From: Tubulanus polymorphus
Lineage: Eukaryota; Animalia; Nemertea
Assembly (NCBI RefSeq): GCF_964204645.1
Contig: NC_134035.1
Span: 13,512,586-13,576,585, forward strand
DNA length: 64,000 bases
Direction: 5' to 3'
Part shown: piece after piece, positions 1 to 13,300 of the stretch
Layout: each line of letters starts with the position of its first letter
Numbering within the stretch: the stretch's first letter is position 1
The notes under the pieces: model-generated
Seen by the model: only the letters and a program-made list of their open reading frames with translations
Database searches by the model: none
Told to the model about the DNA's origin: nothing
Program-made: the position numbers and the translations under genes

Positions 1-270
1 ATTACAATACATATCACCTACAATACAATTACAATACAATTACAATACATATCACCTACAATACAATTACAATACATATCACCTACAATACAATACAATT
101 ACAATACATATCACCTACAATACAATACAATTACAATACATATCACCTACAATACAATTACAATACAATTACAATACATATCACCTACAATACAATTACA
201 ATACATATCACCTACAATACAATACAATTACAATACATATCACCTACAATACAACAATACAATTACATTA
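1..270. repeat. Simple tandem repeat (TACAA/CATATCACC mosaic) in a calumenin intron
   Basis: Reiterated ACAATACATATCACCTACAATACAATT units. Confidence 0.9.
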
Positions 271-275
271 CACAC

Positions 276-531
276 CAGGGTATGATCTAAGGAATGAAAG
301 CCACTTGCCCGGGGTAAGCATATCTGAAATTTCGCTTGCCTCTTCCAAAATCTACTTGCCCTACACGGGCAGTCTGATTGGTGGCACTATCATCCGTTGT
401 ATCGATTGGGAAAAATGCTTTGTGATATAAAATTGCACTAGCCCGGAGGACGAGTGATAATGATAACCTACTCGCCCTGATGAGAATATACTTGTCCCGG
501 GCAATCGGACAAGTGTTTAGATCGCACCCTG
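276..531. mobile_element. MITE with imperfect 15-bp TIRs
   Basis: CAGGGTATGATCTAA ... TTAGATCGCACCCTG; internal ACTTGCCC repeats; no clear TSD. Confidence 0.6.
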
Positions 532-977
532 ACCAATACAACTACACAATCCAATACAACACAACACAATAAACCACCAGCACAAACAAACAATGAACAT
601 ATTCCAGTTCAGGAGAATAGAAATTCCTGATTAGAATTTATCAAACAACTTCTCAAATACCCCGAATAGAGAACATATTCCGGTCAAACAGAAGCGCCAG
701 ATGAGTATTTTGGAATCAGTAGAGACCGATTAAAAAGCTACCAAACTCTCATCTGGTAGATTCTATCAAGTTTCAAGATTTGAGTTATTCCGGATTAGGT
801 AGAGCGTATTCTGGTCAAACAGAAGCGCCAGAAGAGAATTCTGGAATCGGTAGAGACCGATCAAAACCTATCAAACTCACTACCGATCGCTTCTATCAGA
901 TTTACAAATTATACTATTCAGTAATCGGTAAAGACCAATCAGAAACCTGTCCTAATATAAGCGGCGTTCTCACTCAC

Positions 978-3585
978 CAATGTATTCGTCTACATCAATG
1001 AATCCATCTTTATTTTTATCGATATCGTCCATCGTTTCCTGCGAATAATAAGAAACATCGATTAATTTGCGGTTTAATTAGAAATATTTCACATTGAAAG
1101 AATCCGGGATACTGTTCAAAATGATCGTTCTGAATCGTTTTAAACATATTCAATTTAGTCTTTATTTCCAGACGAGTGAAACTTACATCGACGACTATTT
1201 CTTTCATATGTTTTACTTCTTCCGGATGAAGAAAATGTGTGAATTCCTCTTTCGATAAGGAACCGTCTTGATCCTGATCGGCAACTTTCCAACGTTTCTC
1301 ATCGCGAATCTGCATCTGATTATAATGTTCCTTATCATCTTTATCCTCTTCATCACCATCTACAAAATACAAGTATCATCATCATCATCCATTGTCAGAA
1401 CAGTGGAACTGAGTACAGAATTGTGGCACTGAGTTCAGAGCTGTGGAACTGAATCCTGAACTGTGGAACTTGGTCCAGAACTGTCAAACTGAGTTCAGAC
1501 GTGTGAATCAGAGTTCAAAACTGTAGATCTGGCTTCAGAACTGTGGAACTGGATCCTGTACTGTGGAACTGGGTTCAGAACTATGAAACTGGGTTCAGAA
1601 CTGTGGAACTGGGTTCAGAATTGTGGAACTGGGTTCAGAACTGTGGCGCTGGGTACCGAACTGTGGAACTGGATCCTGAACTGTAGAACTGAGTCCAGAA
1701 CTGTAGAACTGAGTCCAGAACTGTGGAACTGAGTCCAGAACTGTGGAGCTGGGTTCAGAACTGTGGCGCTGGGTACCGAACTGTGGAACTGAGTCCAGAA
1801 CTGTGGCGCTGGGTACCGAACTGTGGAGCTGGGTTCAGAACTGTGGAACTGAGTCCAGAACTGTGGCGCTGGGTACAGAACTGTGGAACTGAGTCCAGAA
1901 CCGTGGAGCTGGGTTCAGAACTGTGGAGCTGGGTTCAGAACTGTGGAGCTGGGTTCAGAACTGTGGCGCTGGGTACCGAACTGTGGAAGTGGATACAGAA
2001 CTGTGGGGCTGAATAAGAAATGAGCTGATTAGTTGTTTTTACCTTCTAAAAACCCGTAAGTTTTCTCTTTATAATCGTCCCACTTCAGTTTTGCATCAGT
2101 TGTATCGAACTCGCTCCACTGACGATTTGTATCTTGTAATAAATATCGGTTTTGCACGTATTGTATCCACGACTGTAGTTCTGATTCCGTCACTTTCCCG
2201 TCGTGGTCTTTGTCAATTTTCTCGACGATTTTCCTGAAATGAGAAGAGGTTTGATTTTGACAAAGGCTTCTGGATCATCATTACTATATCGATGATTTTG
2301 GATATCATTGGAATTACAAATTGGCATTCAAATTCAAAGCTGACTTCAGTAACCTGATGAGATTAGCAAGTTTGACAGCAGCACTGCGAGACTTGTGGGA
2401 AAAATACGCAATGATTTCGATAATATTTATTATAATTTACCCGAGTCGATCGCGACTTTCTTCCGGTGACAATTGATCGAACGTTTTTGATTCGTCAGCT
2501 CCTAGAAACGCCTCGTGATCGTAATCGGAATTATGTTCTCCTTTATCGTCGTAATGTTTCTCATCTGATAACTCCTACAAACAAAACATAACATGTGCTG
2601 AACAAAAATTTATCTTTTAGCAAGAGCAGTCGAGTCAGTGATAACCTGGTGTTGAATGGGATACCGGCAAGGCTATTGAGGAAAGCTAGGATTGGCGATA
2701 ATCCACCAGGATCACTAGTGGCACTGGGTTACCGCACTTCAATTTATTTCAATAAACTTCGAGTCAACTTTTCTGATGAAGTAAATCAATTTTCAGTGAA
2801 ATCAATACCATCCACTGAGTGAGAAAGGAAATCTTATATCTATCCGATGAGTCGTTTGATAATTTTCTCATTTGAAAGCCTTAAAGTTAAGAACTGATTT
2901 TCATTACGAATAACCCGATGTTTTGTGGCGCCATCTGGTGTTGCCGGTATTCCATTGGTAAGCGTTGAGACAAATGCCAGGAAGAAGTTCCGAATTTTTG
3001 CAACTATTGTTAAGTAGCTTCATCGGGTAAATGAGTAAATCAGGTTTAAATCAATTATCACCTCATTTTATCTGATGCACCTTCTACGCTGAAGTAGCAA
3101 AAGTTCATACTCTAAATATATCTAATCAGTACTTTCTGTCTTAATGTTTTACTGAAGATTTCCAACCAGGGTTGGTTCACAGTTGCCACGTCACAGTTTT
3201 AATCAGGGGCCACTTTTATCCCACTTGCTTTTCCCTGACAATTCAGTTGTTTTCCCTGAATTGATCTGCTAAGAATGCAATCAATTAACACAGTCGAATA
3301 CGTAAGACATAAACTCTCAGATCTAACAATCTCAACAAATCTCCCTGACTTTTCACTGATTTTTAGTTTTTTTAAGGATTAAAAAAAAATTTCCTAACTT
3401 TTCCTGGATTTCCAGGTAAGCGGCTGCACCCTGATTATTTATAGACTTCAATTAGGCCCTACCTTTTCGTAAGTTCTGTCTTTAGCGCCATCTTTCCGCG
3501 GTATAGCCGATGACAGCGTACTGCTCACTAGCGCTATCACTAATAGAGTACCGCATAATTTCATACCGGTCGCTTTTGACATCAT
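978..3585 (-). CDS. CALU: Calumenin / CREC-family EF-hand secretory-pathway protein, 5' coding exons (gene continues past the left edge)
   Basis: Phase-consistent GT-AG exons on minus: 3585-3463 ([41 protein letters not shown], signal peptide), 2574-2441 (..[22 protein letters not shown]), 2233-2043 ([23 protein letters not shown]..), 1359-1187 (..[30 protein letters not shown]..), 1038-978 ([20 protein letters not shown]). These are diagnostic calumenin/reticulocalbin motifs. Probable non-coding exon 1 ends at a donor at 4811; exon 2 begins at 3631. Confidence 0.93.
1400..2012. repeat. 20-bp minisatellite (CTGTGGAACTGGGTTCAGAA)
   Basis: About 30 units; the same family occurs at 49762-49950 and inverted at 55915-56040. 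Confidence 0.95.
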
Positions 3586-4421
3586 TTTCACAAATAGACT
3601 TTAAAAATTGTCTGAGGAAAAACTACACGCCCTGAAAATATACAATTTACATTCAGTCACCAGAACTCCAAGAATCGCAAGAAGATGGATTGATAAACCC
3701 CGGTATCACTCCTCTTTCAGAATTATCACTTTGCACCAATTTTGACTAATTTTTTCATAGGCGTACACAATTAATTGAGTGAATTAAGAGAAATTTCTAG
3801 GTTTAAAATGTAGGCCTAACATTAACAATTCATTCATTTTTCATGAATCATGTAGGCCTATAGATAAAGCAAGACCTGGTCACATAAGAATTCCCTGATT
3901 GTTCCAGGATTTTGTTAAACTTCATCAAATTCCCCAAATTTTCCTGACTTTTTCTGATTCCCCACCAGAGTTTTCCATGTTAGTAGAGGACCCTGCTTAC
4001 AGAACAATAAGTTTTTTTTTTATTACACAGTCAATAGGAATCACCTCCAGTGACAAATAGGCCTATTATAGTCAGCCAACCGACACCAGAAGAGGGATTT
4101 CTAGCGCCCTCTATTTCCGCTCCGGTTATTTATTGCTCTCCCCAGTCCCGTCCAGTGTTGTTGGAACTGCAGCAATAAGTCCTGGCCATAACGTTTTTTG
4201 AATGATGTCATTGTTTTTCTTTGAATATCATATTTTTGACGAAAATGAACTAAATTTGCTGCAGCAACACAATCAAATTAGAACCTGTCAAAAATCGACA
4301 ACTGGCCGCGGCAATCTAAAATTGCTTGCAACAACATACCCAGTACCGATGGGTATGCCACGTTCATGCAGCAACAGATACAGGGATATTGGTGGTACCC
4401 TGATCATTTATTGGTTCCATT

Positions 4422-4635
4422 GGTAAAAGTGCAGATCCGCACCTCTCCGCATAAACGGTTCAATCAACTACATGAAATATCATTGTTTCAGATTCAAAAT
4501 GTCATCAGCAATTCAGTACATTGCCATTGGCTAATTTTAAGATATCTTCACTAGAGAGTAGAAAGATTTTTAACCTGGATTCTGTCATTCAGCAGATTGC
4601 GTCAACCACGAGAGGTGCGGATCTGCACTTTTACC
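4422..4635. mobile_element. MITE, 26-bp TIR with GG termini and 8-bp TSD (Merlin-like)
   Basis: GGTAAAAGTGCAGATCCGCACCTCTC ... GAGAGGTGCGGATCTGCACTTTTACC; flanks GTTCCATT/GTCCCATT; second copy at 57143-57363. Confidence 0.85.
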
Positions 4636-4959
4636 GTCCCATTGATTAAATAATGACAAGTTCATGAGCAAAAAACTGCAACAACAATCGATTGAGAATA
4701 AACCTTATTTAAATTTAACTTGATTCTGTAACCGGTATGACGACAGCTTGTTTTTATCTGTCAAAACCACAGCAACAGCTGTCAAACTGTCAGTGACAGT
4801 GTCTGTTTACCTGATTAAAATCCTATATTTGGTCACAGCTGCCGTCTCTCGTCGACTCTGGACTCAGATCAATTCTACCTCCAGCAAATCTATCGATCGG
4901 TACGACGCGTTCACACTCACTGCGAGAAGAATCGATGTCTGCATCAACCAGTATCCCTC

Positions 4960-5135
4960 TCAGCATCCAATAACTGACACGTAAACAACACACGTGGCAT
5001 TACCTGATAACCAATCAAATCACAGCTACGTGGCACTGAGTTGGCACTACCTTCCGCTGGACCCTTTGAACTTGAACTTGACCCGTTCGGCAATTTCCGG
5101 ACACGTCAACTTCGGTAATTTCCGGACACGTCCGC
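4960..5135 (-). promoter_or_regulatory. Probable calumenin promoter with CREB3/XBP1-type ACGT motifs and CCAAT boxes
   Basis: ACGTGGCA (TGCCACGT on minus) at 4992-4999 and 5028-5035; CCAAT at 4967 and 5011; GACACGT three times; immediately upstream of the predicted non-coding first exon. Confidence 0.55.
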
Positions 5136-5141
5136 AAAATG

Positions 5142-5544
5142 CAACAGTATACGGAGACGTCATGTGTCCGCTAGTACCCAGTCCGTGATACCCAGGGCCA
5201 AATTCGGTTTTCGTATCTAGTCGACCAGTGGTCGGAACTAATCACCGAATGCGCTTGATTTTCGAACTATTTCCGGAATATAGTTCCGACTATCGGACAT
5301 TCGGTTACGTTTAGTTAATTCGACTATAGTTGACTAACTCAGAAAACCGAAGGACAAGGTGGCCCTGTGACTGTGTGTCTCTCGTACCCACTCAAATTCT
5401 AATAAAGACTTTATTGAACATTTTATTGCTATCGATTTCGGCGATTAATATTCATACGATTTCTATTTCTATTCTATATATATGGGTTCGGTACCCAGTT
5501 ATAGAATAACCATGTTTTTCGCGACTGATGCCTCTAATAGATCT
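5142..5544 (+). repeat. Left copy of a ~205-bp direct repeat (interrupted by a MITE)
   Basis: CAACAGTATACGGAGACG...GCCTCTAATAGATCT matches 41817-42025 with about 5 substitutions and short indels. Confidence 0.92.
5193..5367. mobile_element. MITE with CAGGGCCA...TGGCCCTG termini
   Basis: Absent from the sister repeat at 41817; an inverted copy lies at ~60925-61076. Confidence 0.8.
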
Positions 5545-6710
5545 GGGGTATACTATGACGCAGTACTTGAATCCCGGCCAACATCAACCAAAATTGTTGC
5601 TTGTTTGATTTTACATTCTTCGGGAAACCCCGGAATCCCGTAACACTAAATCACACAACATGGAATTACAATGAATAAATCATGGACATTGGACTCGGGA
5701 ACTTGAGTCTCGCATCGCCGGCTCGTTTCACTGAGTCGCGCCGGTCCTTGGACGGTATAAGAGGTGGCTGCCGTCCAGGACAGGCTTAGCCCATAGTCAA
5801 AACAATTTAAAACAAATTATTCATTTTTCATTTATTTTAGAAACAATTTGTATGTTGTAAAATAAGAGTGAGTTTCAGAAAAAGGCAAGGCTTGTCGGTG
5901 ACTGACGAAAAAGGAATGTTAGAATAAATGTAGTAGTTGGTTAATAAAGAACTAAGTTAAAAATAAAACTACGATAAATATTTGGAATATGGAAATACAA
6001 CACACTCAATATGCTACATGAATATGACAGTTTGGACTGGATTTCCTAAAGAGGATTATAAATTAATAAGTAAATAATGGCGTTTCATCCTCGATTTGAA
6101 AATATTCAAACTTTAACTGTATTTTATAGTGTGACTAATTTGATTCCAAAGTTTAGGACCTCCTCTTCAAGCTCAAGTGTAGCCTGTTCATCGAAATTCG
6201 TATTATGGTCTCATTCAATAGATAACTAAACCCATATATGCCAGAACAAAAAGTTTAGGACCGTTTAAGATTTTATTACGTTAGTATTTCTATTAACGAC
6301 AAAATGGCGATTAGTCCTCGATGATGATGCATTGACCTCAAAAAGATCAGCGAACGTGCAAGGTAGAAGGTTAAGTGAATGACAATGATACATCTACCCG
6401 AGACGAATTATCAAAGAGCCAATGGGCAGGAAGGAGATGAATTCACCGAAGGTCCTATGTTATTCTCATAAGCCTGTTTTATGATTAGAAAAACGACGAA
6501 TAACTACAATCAAAGTTTACACAGTTTACAATTTACCGACACAACTACAGTCGGAATGTCGGAATTTAAAAGCTAATTTCCAATAAGATCACACTGTGCA
6601 TATTTTTCATCTCCAATGTATTACGTTTTGTCATCACTCAAGTTAAGCGTTGAACAAAAAATCGCTCCTGTCAAATTAGAAAATCCCTGTCCAATACAAC
6701 GCTCAGTTTA

Positions 6711-6855
6711 AGGGCCAGCTGTATCAGTCGTCCATAAGTAATCTTACATTTTAAGACTATATAGTCTTAGTCAGTTAACCACATATAACGTTGGTAAATT
6801 GGCCACATAACTAAGTTGGTTTTAGACTAGTGTTTAATGACTGTGCAACTGGCAC
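6711..6855. mobile_element. Degenerate MITE (GGGCCAG.TG..A ... TGCAACTGGC family)
   Basis: Termini and interior resemble 48438-48580 and the fragment at ~47900-48085. Confidence 0.5.
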
Positions 6856-6967
6856 ATGGGCATCGGCGCTTTCCTACGTGGAGGCACCCCTAATAAGAAA
6901 TAGTATCGCGAACCATTACAGGATTCGAATCTAATGGCATTTTGGTGGCGACAATCCCATTCATTAC

Positions 6968-7085
6968 TTCCCGGCGGGAATATCATTACTAGTCATTGGT
7001 CAGTCTTGTGCAATATGACGTCACGCCGGTGTCGGTATATAAGGCCCGGTCACGGGGTCACTCTTTCCAGTTCGGCCATTTTCAG
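6968..7085 (+). promoter_or_regulatory. Compact Pol II promoter and non-coding first exon of the orphan gene
   Basis: Palindromic E2F-type TTCCCGGCGGGAA 6968-6980; ATTGG 6995-6999; CRE TGACGTCA 7016-7023; TATATAAGG 7036-7044; Inr-like sequence ~7060-7070; GCCATTTT (YY1-like); donor CAG|GTAAGT at 7085/7086; acceptor TTGCAG at 7176. Confidence 0.75.
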
Positions 7086-7301
7086 GTAAGTTATGCTACG
7101 TCCATTTGATTTTTTTTTGTTGATGAAATGTTTCTTGAATATCTTGGTATTAATGATTCTTTTATTAATATTGCAGTAGCATCCATTACGCAACAGCAGC
7201 AGATATCAGTATCATCAACAGCAGCACCAGAAATCAAAATAACGACGACCAACAACACACATACAGCAGCAGAAGAAGAAGATTAAGATAGAATTAGAAA
7301 A

Positions 7302-10300
7302 ATGTCGTACACATTTGTTCTTGAAATCTTGAAGGCGGTACAGGTCGAGGCGGTGAAGAACAGCGGGTCCCTCGACCTGTTTTGTATCATCAGTAAGTTT
7401 TTATTCATTACCTTATCTCAGTTATTAAGCCTCAACTATCTCAATTACTTATCTCGGTTACCTCAAATATCCAATACACAACAATCTAGCACAAATCTCT
7501 GAAATTTCATTAAAAGATTTCTCGAATCCGAAATCTTAATAAACTAGAGTATCTAAACTGCTAAATACTTACCCAATTCTATTCAGGTAATATCTTTATT
7601 CATTTGAATACACCAGTTACTTGAAAGTTCAATTATTTCAATACTTAATCTCAAAAACTAATCACAAAAATATCGAGTTTTCAATACCTCAAATGTATAA
7701 TTTTACTGATCTTAAATATTTCAATCATTTGATTCAAGGTCAAATCTCAGTTCAATACCAAAATATCATTGATTTTTTCTTAAATCAGTTATTTGTATTC
7801 TCAATTATATCATTTGATAATAGTTTAATATTCTTTTTATTAAATAACAACTCAATTATTCTTCATTGAAAAGTAAAATTTCATTTGATTCTGTAAATTC
7901 GTTCAAGCATCTACAAAATTGAATAAGGAAAGGAAATTATTTCTATTTCTGCATTAAAACAATCTAAGTTACAAATTAACCGCAGTAATGACAAATATAT
8001 CTATCTACCCTTGATGTCTCATAGAATTTCCATTCCTTTGCTTCATTCGAGACTCGAAACAAATATTCATGGTACAAAATTGAATTGAATTTAATACAAC
8101 TTGACTGACTCTGATGGATGGGATTTAATAAAATTATGTAGAAACCTATTTCCGGGTTCAAATTTGACGTTTGTAAAGAATCCCATCACTCCAAGCATGT
8201 ATCATTGATGCTCTTTAATTCTTTTTAGAAAGCTGCAAATAAACAGTTTGAAACTGTTTAATAGATAATAGGCCTCGGTCATCATTGATATCATTATCAT
8301 ATGTCTTTTTAGCAGGGTGGTGCGGTGGCCAGTCCTTCGTCCAAAACTAAGACCACCCAAGCCTTTAAGCACAGGCCACATACAAGTTCCAAATAAATAA
8401 CTATAAAAAGGCCTTTTATGTGAAGTTTGAATTTGCATTGCGAGTTAGGCTATTGAAATTTTTACTGATTCATTTTTTATCCGATCAGCAAGACTATATT
8501 TTAAAATTTAGTTAATTACACTGCGTGCGGATCATCGGATAGGCCAACATCAGATAGGCCTAGGCGTACTAACGATGTTTCCGTAAAAAATGAAAAGGCA
8601 GCAGTGCATAATTGATAATATTCGTTGAAGTTAGAAAAGGTTTCTATTTTGTTGTAAAAATTATTTGCAATTAGGCCTAAAAGCTACGGTAGGTACCGGA
8701 CCCAAATATTTATCCATCTCTAAATAAAGCCTAGCAACCCCGGCCTAGTGTTTTTCCAGCCTGGGCGTAGCGTTTTTCCAGCCCAGCCCTCGTAACATAA
8801 CAACTTAAAACTTCAACAGAAATGATATGAATGCAGTTTTTTGCGGGGAAGTAGGTGTCGCTATATTTACAGTGATTTATTCCACCGATTGATTCAACAT
8901 TCGAGGGGTAAGTAGTGACTGTTTTGAAATATCTAATGAATATCGGTATACGTGAAATAGGCCTAGATTCCTATTATTATTCTTTATTCACTGTTTAATG
9001 ACATTTTGTTTAATGAGTGAATGATAATATATTTGATGTTTTGTAGTAAATGGATTTGATTGATTTATATGAAGTCACTGGTTGCGGGAGGAAGTTTGAA
9101 TAATTGCGTTATGTACAATAACAATTTACTCAACGTAAGTTTAACCGATCTCTCATTTATTCATTATTTACTGATATATATATGTTTGGTTTTTTTATGA
9201 CGACTGTTTTTATAAAAATGTGTTTATTATATTTAGAATGAATTTGTTTGAAGCCGGTTGTGAATTTGTTTTACAATCTTCAGTGATACCAATGCATCAA
9301 GCCAATACCAGTGATACCAGTGCATCATCCCAGTACCAGCGATACCAGTGCATCATCCCAGTACCAGCGATACCAGCGCATCATCCCAGTACCAGTGCAT
9401 CATCCCAGTACCAGCGAAACCAGTGCTTCGTCCCAGTACCAGCGATACCAGTGCATCAAACCAGTACCAGTGATACCAGTGCATCAAACCAGTCTGGTTA
9501 TTCTACAAACTGCTGATTGTTGATTTTTCAGTTTCTATTGGTTTTGGTTTCTGTGAAGGAAATACTGATGATATTTTAATGTAATTCTTTGCTTCGTTTT
9601 TTTGTTTGAAATGAAAATTAAGTAACTTTTGAAGTATTTGTACTTTGAATACAATTTACGTTGTAAACATTTTAAATTAAATGGCACATTGAGAAATCTG
9701 AATCGTCAGAATTCTTTTTTGGTTGAAATTCAATATTCAGTAAGATTACTAACTGGCAGCCTTTGTTGTTTCTCCGTCAAATTAAGTACATTTTGCATAT
9801 TTGTTCTTGTCATCTTGAATTTTGGTTACCCTTGATCTCATCATCACAAAAACATGTTTTGATCAGAAACAAAATGGCTTTCTTGTGGGTTTTTATACCA
9901 CAAATATCATTGTTAGGCCTGATGTTCGCCGTATTACATTGAAATTTGAAATGGTATATTTGAGGAAAGGATACTTGATGAAACCCGTTTTTCGATTAGC
10001 CAATACTACACAATTAGCGGCCATCTTAGTCTCATCAAATCTCGTTCATTGGAAAATGGTTTTATTGATGAAAATATCGACTAGTTTCATAAACCTTAAC
10101 AGGTTTCTTCATGCGTCCCTCTATCTTGAATTGTTTTTGTATTACTATTGTACATTTCTTATACATGTAATTCAAAATGGTAAATGAATTATCATGTAAT
10201 GATATTATTTGGTTCAACTCCAGAATAGGTCAATATAGTTCCATCGTGGAGGATTTTCTTTAATGAAGTGAGTGGTTCGGTTTCTGATTGCCGACCTATT

Positions 10301-13300
10301 TTACTCGTCGACAATTCCGACGATTTAGAATTGCCGACCTATTTTACTCGTCGACAATTCCGACGATTTAGAATTGCCGACCTATTTTACTCGTCGACAA
10401 TTCCGACGATTTAGAATTGCCGACCTATTTTACTCGTCGACAATTCCGACGATTTAGAATTGCCGACCTATTTTACTCGTCGACAATTCCGACGATTTTA
10501 AATTGCCGACCTATTTTACTCGTAGACAATTCCGACGATTTAGAATTGTTGAAGGGAAGATAAATTTTCAAGCAACGACACGGCCACTTGATGCCGATTG
10601 CAGTTTGTATCTATAAAGGGTAATCTACACACGGTCCTTCATCCCAGCCATTTTATATCAGGGTAATCCACACAAACACCCAGCCCCTCGATCCCAGCCA
10701 CCTTATTCAAGGGTAATCCACGCAAACACACAGCCCCTCGATCCCAGCCACCTTATTCAAGGGTAATCCACGCAAACACACAACCCCTCGATCCCAGCCA
10801 CTTTATATCAGGGTAATCCGCGCACACACACAGCCCCTCGATCCCAGCCACTTTATATCAGGGTAATCCACGCACACACACAGCCCCTCGATCCCAGCCA
10901 CTTTATATCAGGGGTAATCCACGCAAAAACACAGCCCCTCAATCCCAGCCACCTTATTCAAGGGTAATCCACGCAAACACGCAGCCCCTCGATCCCAGCC
11001 ACTTTATTCAAGGGTAATCCACGCAAACACACAGCCCTCGATCCCAGCCACATTATATCAGGGTAATCCACGCACACACACAGCCCCTCGATCCCAGCCA
11101 CATTATATCAGGGTAATCCACGCACACACGCAGCCCCTCGATCCCAGCCACATTATATCAGGGTAATCCACGCACACACGCAGCCCCTCGATCCCAGCCA
11201 CATTATATCAGGGTAATCCACGCACACACGCAGCCCCTCGATCCCAGCCACATTATATCAGGGTAATCCACGCAAACACACAGCCCCTCGATCCCAGCCA
11301 CTTTATATCAGGGTAATCCGCGCAAACACGCAGCCCCTCGATCCCAGCCACTTTATATCAGGGGATATTATTATATAAAAGATATTGCAATTCTAAATCG
11401 TCGGAATTGTCGACGAGTAAAATAGGTCGGCAATTTAAAATCGTCGGAATTGTCGACGAGTAAAATAGGTCGGCAATTCTAAATCGTCGGAATTGTCTAC
11501 GAGTAATATAGGTTGGCAATTCTAAATCGTCGGAATTGTCGACGAGTAAAATAGGTTGGCAATTCTAAATCGTCGGAATTATCGACGAGTATAATAGGTG
11601 GGCAATTCTAAATCGTCGGAATTGTCGACGAGTAAAACAGGTCGGCTACCTGGCTCGCGGAAGAATACGTGCTATGTACTCAGCCTGGGCAGATCTACTT
11701 TTACCTGTTCTGGAGTTGAGCCTATTATTTTACTTGAATTGAACAGCATCTCATCAAGTTGAATTACTTTTTTCATATGATAAGTATTTTATGTGAATAG
11801 TTAAAATCGGATTTAAGTGAAAATGAACTTTGGTGTTTGATTTCGAGACAAATCGCTTTTTGTAAATGGTTAAACTCCATTTGAGATGAATACACATAAA
11901 GATGTATTCAAATGTTGAAATGTATTCAAACGTAGCGTTTTATCAGAATATTGTCCTAGATTACGTCAAATATGAGCTGAACATTTCTGAATACAACTCC
12001 AGAACTACATCAGAACTAGTACTAATATCCTCTTGATGAAGTCGTGGGAGATATTATAGTTTTAGCTGTACTGCGTCTGTGTGAAGTTTTTGCGTTTATC
12101 GCCACTTCCTTTGAATTCTTAAACAAGCTGTGTCTGAAGGATTCAATATTCAAGGGGTAAGTGGCTCATTTGAAATAAGTTTGAATATATGTGAAATAGG
12201 CCTTCATCGAGGTGCAGTGGTCCAGTCACTGATCCTTCACCTTGGTTCTTCTCTGGGCTCCAATTAAATTGGGGAGAAGAAACTCCCGGACCTACTTATA
12301 AATACCCTGAGTGGCCCAGGGCAATATTTCTGAGGTTCCACGTATAAATGTCTAGTAAATGACAGAATGATTTTTTAACTTATAGCTTTTGATAGAATAT
12401 CTTTTCATCTTATTTAGAAACACGAATGTTGACACAGAACCCTTCAAATAATGTATTGTAGTTATCAATGGATAAAAACATTATTATAACGGTTTTTACA
12501 GCGTCAAAAATAGGCCTGTTCCAGAGGTCATTTATTACTAATTAAATCAATACAAATTGTTTTATTTGTAGAATTGGATGTAGCCAGCAGTGAATTGGTT
12601 TGATTACATGGCCGCATGATATATAGATATATAGGTTTTGCGAATGGTGAAAGTAGTCGGGGACATGTCAGGGAAAAAGCAAGACAAATAAAAGAAGCCA
12701 CCCTGAAACGTGCTTGCATTTTTACGAACACCTTTGATGTCAAAGAGTTTTAGAATAACCAAATTATGAATTATGAACAAATCGTAAAGAATAAACATTT
12801 AATTGCTCTTTGTTGTTATGACCACCGCAGCTATTTATTTCACCAGGAAAAATGATTTCCGAAGTTTGGAGGATCTAAAACGGTAAACAACGGATGTATT
12901 GTTATCGCATTTATCAAATTTATGCTTTCGTCGTGTAATTCCATCTGATACTTCTAATACTGTCAAGTAAGAATATTTTGTTGAGGCAACTTATTTCAGT
13001 CAAAGGTGGACCATCTTGAATCTCTTTAAGTCACCCTGATACTGGTATGATTTTTTCCCCGCAAAGTTCTGAATCCCCCACTCGGCTGGAATAGCTAAGG
13101 TGCCACCCCAGAGGGCGCCCCTTGGGGTGGAGTTTCTATTTCTTCAAATCGCTACTAGTCCTACAGTTTTAATCCGATCAATTCCAAATTTGGTATGAAT
13201 GTTCTATGGACCAATACCTACAAAGTACAGAGACCTTTTTGGATTTGGACCCAAGGGGGCACCCCCTAGGTATGCAGCTTCTATTTCTTCAAGCTTCTAT

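Noticed and set aside
1723-2016. ORFs over minisatellites and microsatellites (also 9220, 15206, 17415, 25542, 49793, 52791, 53466)
   Set aside because: They are translations of tandem repeats or palindromic MITEs
7371-7392. LxCxE Rb-binding motif in the orphan protein (LDLFCIITE)
   Set aside because: Spacing is L-F-C-I-I; the Glu is not at the required position
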